This document shows positions 9,563 to 17,700 of a stretch of 35,109 nucleotides of DNA, piece after piece. The translations under genes were made by a program, and so were the position numbers. Position 1 is the stretch's first letter; each line of letters begins with the position of its first letter. The notes below the pieces were generated by a model, which saw only the letters and a list, made by a program, of their open reading frames with translations, did no database searches and had not been told where the DNA came from. Location: IMG/VR virus record IMGVR_UViG_3300020045_002874, positions 1 to 35,109 of that record; one strand, given 5' to 3'. This DNA comes from a virus. Its lineage: Duplodnaviria > Caudoviricetes.

Positions 9563-10134
9563 TGGCACAAGGGCTAATTAACAACGGAGTTAGCGTTAGC
9601 AAGTCATTCTCGCCTAACGAATATCAATTACTCGCAGACTATACCGTCAGTGGAAGTGCAATTACATCTTTTACTTTCGGTACTTTATTAGCACCATTGA
9701 GAATAAACGCAGATGAAGAAGTGGTATTGGTTGCGACAATAGATGGAACTGCGTTTAATAATGTTTCAATTTATTTTAACGGAAATACAACAGGAACAAA
9801 CTATTATAATCAACTATTATCTGCTAGTAATACTTCTGTTAGTGGTTTAAGAACAAATAGTTCTTATGCTTTATGGACTTCATTAAATTGTGTTTCTTTA
9901 ATAAACATAAAATTGACAAATAATGGATATATTGTTTGGCAGTCAAATAATGAGAGATATTTTTCAACAAGCAATGTTGATTTAATTAACATTTATGGAA
10001 CTTCAACATTTACCACAAGTCAAATTACATCATTAACAATTACTCACGCTTCTGCTAACGGTATCGGCATAGGTTCTAGATTTCAACTCTACAAAGTGAA
10101 AGGACAGGTACAACAAACATGGGCTACAACTTAA
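9562..10134 (+). CDS. Putative fibre-tip beta-sandwich protein (one repeat domain)
   Basis: Ser/Thr/Asn-rich; NIKLTNNGY and GIGIGSRFQLYK motifs shared with the next gene. Confidence 0.6.
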   Translation: MAQGLINNGVSVSKSFSPNEYQLLADYTVSGSAITSFTFGTLLAPLRINADEEVVLVATIDGTAFNNVSIYFNGNTTGTNYYNQLLSASNTSVSGLRTNSSYALWTSLNCVSLINIKLTNNGYIVWQSNNERYFSTSNVDLINIYGTSTFTTSQITSLTITHASANGIGIGSRFQLYKVKGQVQQTWATT

Positions 10135-11096
10135 CACAAATAAATCCTGCATATACTTTAGTGGCTGATACCATTGTCGGTACTGCAACTACAACGGTTG
10201 ATTTAACAGGCTTGAACATTACAAAAGATGATGACTATATGTTGGTTAGCGATATATACGCTACAAATATTAGTGATGTTAAAATGTATTTTAATGCGAA
10301 TTACACAGTCACGAACTATTACAATCAAGAAATGTATGCTTCTTCTACAACAGTTGGTGGTAGTCGTGGTAATTTCCCACAATTTTCATATTTAGGAGGT
10401 ATTTCTTATAAAACACAGTCGTTCACAAACATTAAACTAACAAATAATGGTTATGTAGTTTATCAATCTAAAACTGTGCAAAATTACGGCGGAAGTAGTG
10501 TTGTAGTTGATAACTACGCAGGTACTTCAACTTTCACTGCAACAAGCATTACTTCTATTAGAGTATTATGTAGTCAAAATATGGCTAGTGGTTCACGCTT
10601 TCAACTCTACAAACGCACAGCACCTGTCATTGCAGATATTACAGTATCAAGTGCTACAACATCAGTAGACATTACAGGATTGAGTATTGATAAGGGTAGT
10701 GAGTATATGTTGGTAAGTACCTTAGTGAATGCAAGTGGAAGTAACTCAAACTATATGCTTTATGCTAATACAACATTAAGTGGTTACTATACACAATACT
10801 TGTACGGAGCAGGAACTGCTGTTGGGGCAGTTAGAACAGGAGATACATTATTTGGAAATGCCTATACAGGAAGTTCATCATTTGAGATTACTAATATAAA
10901 ATTAACAAATAATGGTTATGTCATTTCTCAAACTAACGAACTAATGAGATATACTTCTGGTTCACAAATTGAATTGATGAATAGAGCAATCACAACCACA
11001 TTCACATCAACTACCATTACAAGCCTACGCATAACTTCAAGCGTTGCAAGTGGTATCGGTATAGGTTCAAGATTTCAGTTGATTAAACTTAAATAG
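10119..11096 (+). CDS. Putative fibre-tip protein (two tandem repeat domains)
   Basis: Two copies of ADxxV...VDxTGLxIxK..YMLVS...NIKLTNNGY...GSRFQL. Confidence 0.6.
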   Translation: MGYNLTQINPAYTLVADTIVGTATTTVDLTGLNITKDDDYMLVSDIYATNISDVKMYFNANYTVTNYYNQEMYASSTTVGGSRGNFPQFSYLGGISYKTQSFTNIKLTNNGYVVYQSKTVQNYGGSSVVVDNYAGTSTFTATSITSIRVLCSQNMASGSRFQLYKRTAPVIADITVSSATTSVDITGLSIDKGSEYMLVSTLVNASGSNSNYMLYANTTLSGYYTQYLYGAGTAVGAVRTGDTLFGNAYTGSSSFEITNIKLTNNGYVISQTNELMRYTSGSQIELMNRAITTTFTSTTITSLRITSSVASGIGIGSRFQLIKLK

Positions 11097-11110
11097 AAAG
11101 GAGTGATAAA

Positions 11111-11383
11111 ATGAAAATCACACAAGTAGAATATAATGTAGAAACAGGCGAACAAATCGTCAAGGAAGTTGAACTAACAAATGAGCAAGTTCTAGAAATG
11201 GAGCAACAACAAAAGGTTAGTCAAATCAACGAGCGTTTACAAGCCATTAGACAAGAACTTCAAGCGATGGACTACAAGACATCTAAACACGCAGATGGTG
11301 AGTACACTGATGAAGAATGGGCTAAGGTTGTTGACACTAGAAAAGCGCTAAGACAGGAAATGCGTGAACTTGAACTAGAATGA
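11111..11383 (+). CDS. Putative fibre assembly chaperone
   Basis: Small, acidic and helical (NVETGE..., DYKTSK...W...RKALR), directly after the fibre-tip genes; SD AAAGGAGTGA. Confidence 0.5.
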   Translation: MKITQVEYNVETGEQIVKEVELTNEQVLEMEQQQKVSQINERLQAIRQELQAMDYKTSKHADGEYTDEEWAKVVDTRKALRQEMRELELE

Positions 11384-12084
11384 TTAAGTTCAAAACCATT
11401 ACATTTAGTGGTGTTTCAGTCAAGGTCATTGAAGCCAAAGATGACTTAACGCAAGATGTTCAATTATCAGTCATGGCGGATAGATACGGTAGTCCTAAGA
11501 AACTAGCCATTGACTTTCATGACACTGAACTAGAGCAACAAGGTTATCAAAGAATGGCGGTTATCAACGGTGGGTTATTCTTCACTGAAAACGACATCAC
11601 TTACGCCGAAGGGATAGAAAAGGCTTACGGTATCGTCAATGAACTTGATGACGCTAACTTAGACACCTGTTTATCCCTTGCAACACTTAACGGAAATCCA
11701 TACATCGCAACACAAGCCTACATCAAAACCAACAAAGACAAGTTTCGTGGGTTTATCACAAGTGCGTTTGGATTATTGAATAACGGTGTTGTAGATAATC
11801 GTGGTAAAGTTCAACGAGCGACACAATTCAACTCAAAGTCAGGTCGTACTATTATCGGCAAGAAACCAGATGGAACGATAGTGCTTGCGTCATTCTACGG
11901 TATCACAGGCAAGTCAGGACTTACAGGTACTCAAACTAATTTACTAGCAAAGTACTTAGGAATGAATAATGCCGTATGTATGGACGGTGGCGGGAGTGTG
12001 AGTATGGTGTATGGGAATGAATGGAAAGTTAAAACAACACGCACGATTAAAAATGCGGTTGGGTTATACGCAAAGGTGAAATAA
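11380..12084 (+). CDS. Phosphodiester glycosidase (NAGPA family)
   Basis: AVINGGLF, GRTIIGKKPDG and LGMNNAVCMDGGGS match the NAGPA-family signature (RTAIG / A.NLDGGGS). Confidence 0.8.
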   Translation: MIKFKTITFSGVSVKVIEAKDDLTQDVQLSVMADRYGSPKKLAIDFHDTELEQQGYQRMAVINGGLFFTENDITYAEGIEKAYGIVNELDDANLDTCLSLATLNGNPYIATQAYIKTNKDKFRGFITSAFGLLNNGVVDNRGKVQRATQFNSKSGRTIIGKKPDGTIVLASFYGITGKSGLTGTQTNLLAKYLGMNNAVCMDGGGSVSMVYGNEWKVKTTRTIKNAVGLYAKVK

Positions 12085-12089
12085 ATTAT

Positions 12090-12115
12090 AAAGGGATTGC
12101 TTAATCCCTTTTCTT
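12090..12115 (+). terminator. Rho-independent terminator
   Basis: AAAGGGATT-gctt-AATCCCTTT followed by TCTT. Confidence 0.8.
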
Positions 12116-12125
12116 ATGCTATAAT
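12097..12125 (+). promoter_or_regulatory. SigmaA promoter for the lysis cassette, overlapping the terminator
   Basis: TTGCTT (12097-12102), 17-nt spacer, TATAAT (12120-12125), with extended TG. Confidence 0.65.
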
Positions 12126-12155
12126 ACATAGTGAAATGAAAAGGAGCGTGATGCT

Positions 12156-12395
12156 ATGAAAGATTTTCTAAAAGTTATGATTAGTCGTTTCAAGAGTCCT
12201 GTTGTTTGGGCAGGTATTATTGCGATTGTAGGCTTAGTTTTCAGCACTGTGGGGGTAACTTTTGCAGATGTTATGACTTGGCAAGGTTTAAAAGAAGTTC
12301 TCGTTGGGATTATCACAAGCCCAGCTAAGATTGCTATGATTGTTGTGGCTGTCTACGGTTTTATTAACAACCCAGCTGATAACGCACACTTCTAG
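12156..12395 (+). CDS. Holin
   Basis: 79 aa with RFKSPVVW, transmembrane segments and C-terminal GFINNP; directly before the endolysin. Confidence 0.8.
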   Translation: MKDFLKVMISRFKSPVVWAGIIAIVGLVFSTVGVTFADVMTWQGLKEVLVGIITSPAKIAMIVVAVYGFINNPADNAHF

Positions 12396-12405
12396 GATTT
12401 AGTTT

Positions 12406-13188
12406 ATGCAATACGCTAAGTTTCCAATGAAATATGTCAATATAACCCAAGTCCCAAACGGTGGTTACACACATAAAGGTCGGCTAACAGTCGATAACGC
12501 AGGCAAGGACGCCGGCATAGATAATGTGCTTGCTCCGTTTGATTGCAAGGTTGTGTGGAAGGACTTAGGAAGTGCTAAGACGGGTGTCCTTATCGAGAAC
12601 CTAAACCCACTTGAGTGTGCGGATGGTGTTATTCGTAAAGCCGGTAGCGTCCTAGTCATCTTCTGGCACGATAATGACATTACTAATCTACAAATTGGAC
12701 AAATTATTAGACAAGGTGAGGTCTTCTATCAAGAGGGTACGGCTGGACAAGCAACAGGAAACCACTTGCACTTTGGTGTTGGGATTGGTCCTTACAAAGG
12801 TGGATACCCGATGGTTGAAAATGAATTTGGTCGATACGAGATTAAGAATGAGATTCACCCGTCAAACATCTTCTTTATTGACGATTCCAACATTGTAAAG
12901 AATACAAAAGGAATGAAGTGGGTTAAGCACACTAAGGACGATGTCAAAGTCGTTGATGAGCTTGCAAAAGTTCCAGATGCTTCCTTCTATATTGGTGAAA
13001 AGGTCAAAATTGTTGGTACCCACTACGCAAATGGTATGATTGTTCCTGCTTGGGCTAAACGACAAACCCATGTCGTTGGGGGTTTGCTAAGTAATCGAGT
13101 TAGATTAGTTGGTGAAGTGAGAGATAAGAAGGTTTACAAGGTTGGAATCAACTCGTGGTTTTATACAAAGGATGTGGTTAAAGTATGA
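12406..13188 (+). CDS. Endolysin: M23 peptidase plus C-terminal SH3-like cell-wall-binding domain
   Basis: H...D (HKGRLTVD), VLAPFDCKV and GTAGQATGNHLHF (HxH) motifs; C-terminal GEKVKI...INSWFYTKDV. Confidence 0.8.
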   Translation: MQYAKFPMKYVNITQVPNGGYTHKGRLTVDNAGKDAGIDNVLAPFDCKVVWKDLGSAKTGVLIENLNPLECADGVIRKAGSVLVIFWHDNDITNLQIGQIIRQGEVFYQEGTAGQATGNHLHFGVGIGPYKGGYPMVENEFGRYEIKNEIHPSNIFFIDDSNIVKNTKGMKWVKHTKDDVKVVDELAKVPDASFYIGEKVKIVGTHYANGMIVPAWAKRQTHVVGGLLSNRVRLVGEVRDKKVYKVGINSWFYTKDVVKV

Positions 13189-13445
13189 TTACCTCAGAAC
13201 TAACCATAACAGTCAGTGCCCTATTCCTTGTGGTCGGTGGCATCCTTGGTATTCTTGGATTTATGTCAAAACGAGAGGCTGATAAATACAAAAAGGGTCA
13301 AGAGAGTGGGACTCTTGAGACTAAGGTTGATATGATACTCAGCCAATTGGGAGTTATCCAAGATATAAAGGAGAAACAACACGACCATGAGGTTAGAATC
13401 ACTGTGTTAGAGAATAAAAGAACAAGAATAAAGAGCGTCGATTAG
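13185..13445 (+). CDS. Single-TM coiled-coil lysis-cassette protein (XhlA/holin-like)
   Basis: N-terminal TM helix, HEVRITVLE coiled coil, ATGA overlap with the endolysin. Confidence 0.55.
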   Translation: MITSELTITVSALFLVVGGILGILGFMSKREADKYKKGQESGTLETKVDMILSQLGVIQDIKEKQHDHEVRITVLENKRTRIKSVD

Positions 13446-13460
13446 AGGCTCTTTTCTTTT
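13430..13460 (+). terminator. Rho-independent terminator
   Basis: AAAGAGC...GCTCTTT stem followed by TCTTTT. Confidence 0.7.
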
Positions 13461-13461
13461 G

Positions 13462-13490
13462 TTTACAACAATATATAATTGTGGTATAAT
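13462..13490 (+). promoter_or_regulatory. SigmaA promoter for the internal virion protein genes
   Basis: TTTACA, 17-nt spacer, TATAAT (13485-13490), with extended TG. Confidence 0.75.
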
Positions 13491-13519
13491 GTATGAGATA
13501 AAAAGGAGCGTGATTGCCA

Positions 13520-14761
13520 ATGACAAATAGATTATATGGAGGTACAATAAACGGTACCCTCCAAACACCAACAAAAAACACAACATCTACTGCAACAGAT
13601 TTAATGTCGAAATTTAGAGAAGTTGAGAAAACACCGGTAGCAACTTTTGCAGGTATACCCTCTCTTCCACAAATAAACGCACAAAACCAACAAAGCATTA
13701 GTTCAATCGGTATGCCTAACTTATCGGTGTATACCCCAGATTACGGAGCACTTGAGAAGTCTTTCCAAGACATACTAAGCTCATATGAGGGATATAAGAG
13801 CGCAGCCCAAGCCCAATATGGTGCACAAAAAGGTTCGCTTGATACTAACTTAGAGCAACAAATGCAATCGATTGGTACGGCTAAAGGCGAAAACAAACAA
13901 GCATTTGCTGAAGGAAGAGGGCAATTAGCTGAAGATGTGTTCATGCTTAATCGTCAAACACAAGCAACTGCATCAGCTAGAGGTTTAGGTGGTTCAGGTG
14001 TTGAGGCAATGGCTAACATCCAAAATCGTATGGCTGCTGGTGAGAGTATGAGTAATATGGCAAATGAATACTTCGATGCTCAAACACAATTGGTTGAAGC
14101 CGAACAAGCCACTCGTCAAAACTATGACAACTCCTTACAAAACTTAAACGCATCCTTGCAATCGACGATGGCTCAAATCATGAGTCAAGAAGCATCAAGC
14201 AAGATGGACTACACACAAACGATTGATAACCTCAAACGCCAAGTTGTAGCCGATACAAACGCTATGAAACAAGCCCAATATGAGTGGCAAGTTGCTAATG
14301 AGCAAGCCTTACAAGGTGCTAAAATCTTGGAAACCGATATACAACGGATGCTTGCAAGTGGAGAAAGTGTTGCGATTCGAGTTAGCAATCTTATTGATGC
14401 AGGGTATACTCCGGCTAATGCTAATGCAAAAGTGTTGCAATTCGATAACACACAAAAGACAACCGCTGATAGACAACTCTACACAGGCTTACAATCCCAA
14501 ATTGACAACTTGCGTAGTCAAGGTGTTAGTGCTACTAACATTAAGAAACAATTCCAAGCAATGGAAGGAGCGTCCGGTATTAACTTCAATCGACTTGACT
14601 TTAATGGAACTGGGACGGCTAAACAGGGTAGTCAACAATTCATTCAAAACGCTGCTTCTGGATATGTCTCGCCTCAAGATACGGTGGCTACTGTCATCCC
14701 ATTCTTGGGACAATCGGGTATGGAGACTCAATTACCACTAACGGCTACCAAGAAGAAATAA
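13520..14761 (+). CDS. Internal virion (ejection/pilot) protein
   Basis: Gln/Ala-rich coiled coil and ASARGLGGSG motif. ATG 13520 is chosen over TTG 13514 by analogy with SD spacing at the capsid gene. Confidence 0.6.
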   Translation: MTNRLYGGTINGTLQTPTKNTTSTATDLMSKFREVEKTPVATFAGIPSLPQINAQNQQSISSIGMPNLSVYTPDYGALEKSFQDILSSYEGYKSAAQAQYGAQKGSLDTNLEQQMQSIGTAKGENKQAFAEGRGQLAEDVFMLNRQTQATASARGLGGSGVEAMANIQNRMAAGESMSNMANEYFDAQTQLVEAEQATRQNYDNSLQNLNASLQSTMAQIMSQEASSKMDYTQTIDNLKRQVVADTNAMKQAQYEWQVANEQALQGAKILETDIQRMLASGESVAIRVSNLIDAGYTPANANAKVLQFDNTQKTTADRQLYTGLQSQIDNLRSQGVSATNIKKQFQAMEGASGINFNRLDFNGTGTAKQGSQQFIQNAASGYVSPQDTVATVIPFLGQSGMETQLPLTATKKK

Positions 14762-14779
14762 AGAGAAAGAGGTGATGTA

Positions 14780-17700
14780 ATGGCACTTACAGGAAGTCAA
14801 TTAGATAAACTTATGAAATCAATACCAAAAGCGGGCAGTGAACAACTGCCCTCTATTGCGTCCAAATTGCCTAGTAAGGTTGATACAATTACAAGTTTAA
14901 CAAAACAAGTGGCGAACACAAGCACACGCTTGGCAAACATCGGAGAAGATGCGAAGAAAATTACAGATACTCGTAATCCACTTGAGAAGATTTTAAATCT
15001 TACCCCAGACCAAAACTTTATCTTTGACCTCTTTGAAATCATCAATCGTCCTCAACAAGCGTTGTTTGGTGGGATTGAAGCCGGTGTCGAAGGGGGAGAT
15101 GTTCTAAGTGGAGCCTTAACTGGCTTAACAGGTGAGAATAAAACCTCATTCAAAGATGTGCTTAAAGCCTCAACTGGAAGCGACTTAGGTGATGTCGAAG
15201 GACAACTCGACTTCGTTGATGTTGCTGGGCTTGTGGGAGATGTCCTTTTAGACCCTGCTGACTTAGCCTTATTGATGGTAACAGGCGGGGCTTCCATGAC
15301 GGGCTCAATTGCAAGTGCTGGTTTGGATGTTGGCAAAGGTCTTGAAGCCGGTGCCGATGTTGCAAAAGCAGCCACTGAGTCGGTTGATATTCTTGGCAAA
15401 GTACAAGATGTTCTCTTTGGTGAAGGTAAACGCCTTGCCAAAGTTAAGTTTGAAGATTATGTGAGTGCTGTTGTTAGTAGCAAGGCTCGTACGAAACTCG
15501 GTCTTGAAGGGGCATCTTTGACAAGCATGACCATGAAGAGTATGGGTGGTGCGATGAAGGGTGTTACCCAATTTAGTGACGCTGCCTTTACCCAAGGATT
15601 CAAGATGATTGATGACTCGGGTGAATTAAGTAAAGCCTACGAAGGGCTTAAAAAAGGCATCGAGGGCGTGAAATCAAATGCAGGTCAAGCCATTAAGAAG
15701 CAAGTCAGTCTTGCAAATGAGAAATTTAATACCACCATGCTTATGTTGCGTGGTGTGGATACTCGATATATTGATTGGCTTAAGACCTACGCTAAAGAGA
15801 CTTTGCCTGAAGGTAAACTCTTTGACGATTGGTTTGGCGAACTTAATGTTAAACTCATTGATGTGTATGAAAAGAAATATGGTTCTAAACTCTTGAACCC
15901 CGGTGCAGCCTTGGGATTTATGACAAGTCCTACTCACTCGTTGCCTTATGGTAAAAATACCCTAGATGACTTGTTCGAGTTGTTTGGTAGAGATAATATC
16001 GAACCCTTTGTATCGGTCAAGAAGTTTAGCAATGGGATTGAATATCTCGAGTTTGATGCTAAGGTCTTCGATGAGGGTTCGTCCCTTGTTAAAGGGTTAC
16101 GAGATAAGATTAAACAACCTAAGACGGTGTTTGATTCCTCAACTCGTAAAGCCTATGAGAAGACGCTTAAATACTCTGACAGCACCTTGTACGAACAATA
16201 TCGTGCTAAAGTTGCAAAATATGAATCCACCCTTGATGATGAGGTTGCTAAAAGATTCACAAAGGAAACAGGTCGAGAAGTGTTGCCTACTACCAAGAAG
16301 AGTAGTGAGTGGAGAAGTGTTAAAGCCTCCTATGAGGCTGAAATGCTCAACCTAGGTAAGCACCCACAATCTGGTTTAATGGACAACTCGTTTAACGCCA
16401 ATCGATATAATGTTTGGTTAAGTCCAGATGAACGCAAAGCAGCCTTGGCTGCGATGTCTCCTGAAGATGTGTTAGCCTATAAACAACAAATTAAACTCGG
16501 TAAACAACGAGTCTCCTCAGTCGTCACGATTGAGAGCAAACAAGATGCGATTGAACGAGTGTATGTTGAGGGTGACAAATTCCTACGAGACAAAGCACCA
16601 ATTCGACATAAAGTTGTTGAGACAGAAGCAATGAAAGCAACAGATAAACTAAATGATTTAAACCTAATAGATGATGTATCCGTTAGTGATAACGCTATAA
16701 CGGTAAACAAAGATGGTAGTATGTCCGTCAATGCTGTTCGCTTTTCTGGCGATACTGGGCTAGAGTCTCCACGAGGATACAACTACTACATGGGACAAAA
16801 CATGGCAGTTGATGAATCGTACATGACTGAGAGTGCTCTACCTAAGCGATATGGTGGGAGCGTTAAGACCCAGACAACCTTTGAGTTTAATCGTCCATTT
16901 GTAGCGTCAAGTAAAAAACTAAGTTGGAACGACGATGTTGTTGATGCTATTAGAGAAAAAGTTCAATACGCTGACAAACTAAAGAGACAAGATGCTTCTC
17001 TTTGGAAGTACAATAACTTATTCATATTAAATAAAGGAACGATGAGACAAGCATACAATGAAGATAATATCAAAAAATTCTTAAGTTTATTGAATGATAA
17101 CATTGACATAAGCAGTGGGTTTGGTAAGTTAGACGCAAAAGATTTTGATGAAATTCTAACTAATTTGAAAAAACTAAGTCCTACATCCCAAGTATCTGGT
17201 CAATTATTGGACAACTCATATGTGTACACAACTCTCGATGATGCGTTCCACTTAAAGGTTGTAGAAAAGGCGGGTTATGACGGTGTTATAGGGATTGTAA
17301 ATAACAAATCTGTTGGAGAGGTCATCGACTTTTCAAAGAATAAAGTAGCCGGAACTCTTGAAGATATGACATTTACTGATAAGTTAAATAGAGCGACTCG
17401 TCAAGGGCGTGTGCGTATGGAAGGGTATAAGAACGAAGCCTCTGAAGCCTACATGAACGAATTGCTTGGAAACAAGGTGTTCACGGATGGGGCGGATAAG
17501 TTCAAAGACTATCTACACGAAGCCCAAAGAGCCGTTGGATGGAGAGAGTTTGGTGATGATGAAGCCTTGCTCAAAATGTCCTTTGATGGCTATGCAACCC
17601 ATGGTCTAAACCAATCTGTTAAAGATTCGTTTGAAGCCATTAAGCAAGCACATCCTGAATGGGCAAATAAGATTGACTTCACGGTCTTCATGCCGGGTCG

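Noticed and set aside
10095-10134. Programmed frameshift fusing the two fibre-tip genes
   Set aside because: There is no clear slippery heptamer, and the second gene has its own ATG with an upstream AAAGGACAGG.
9562-11096. Diversity-generating retroelement acting on the fibre-tip repeats
   Set aside because: No reverse transcriptase is present in the window, and there is no near-identical TR/VR pair differing only at adenines; the copies differ at all bases.
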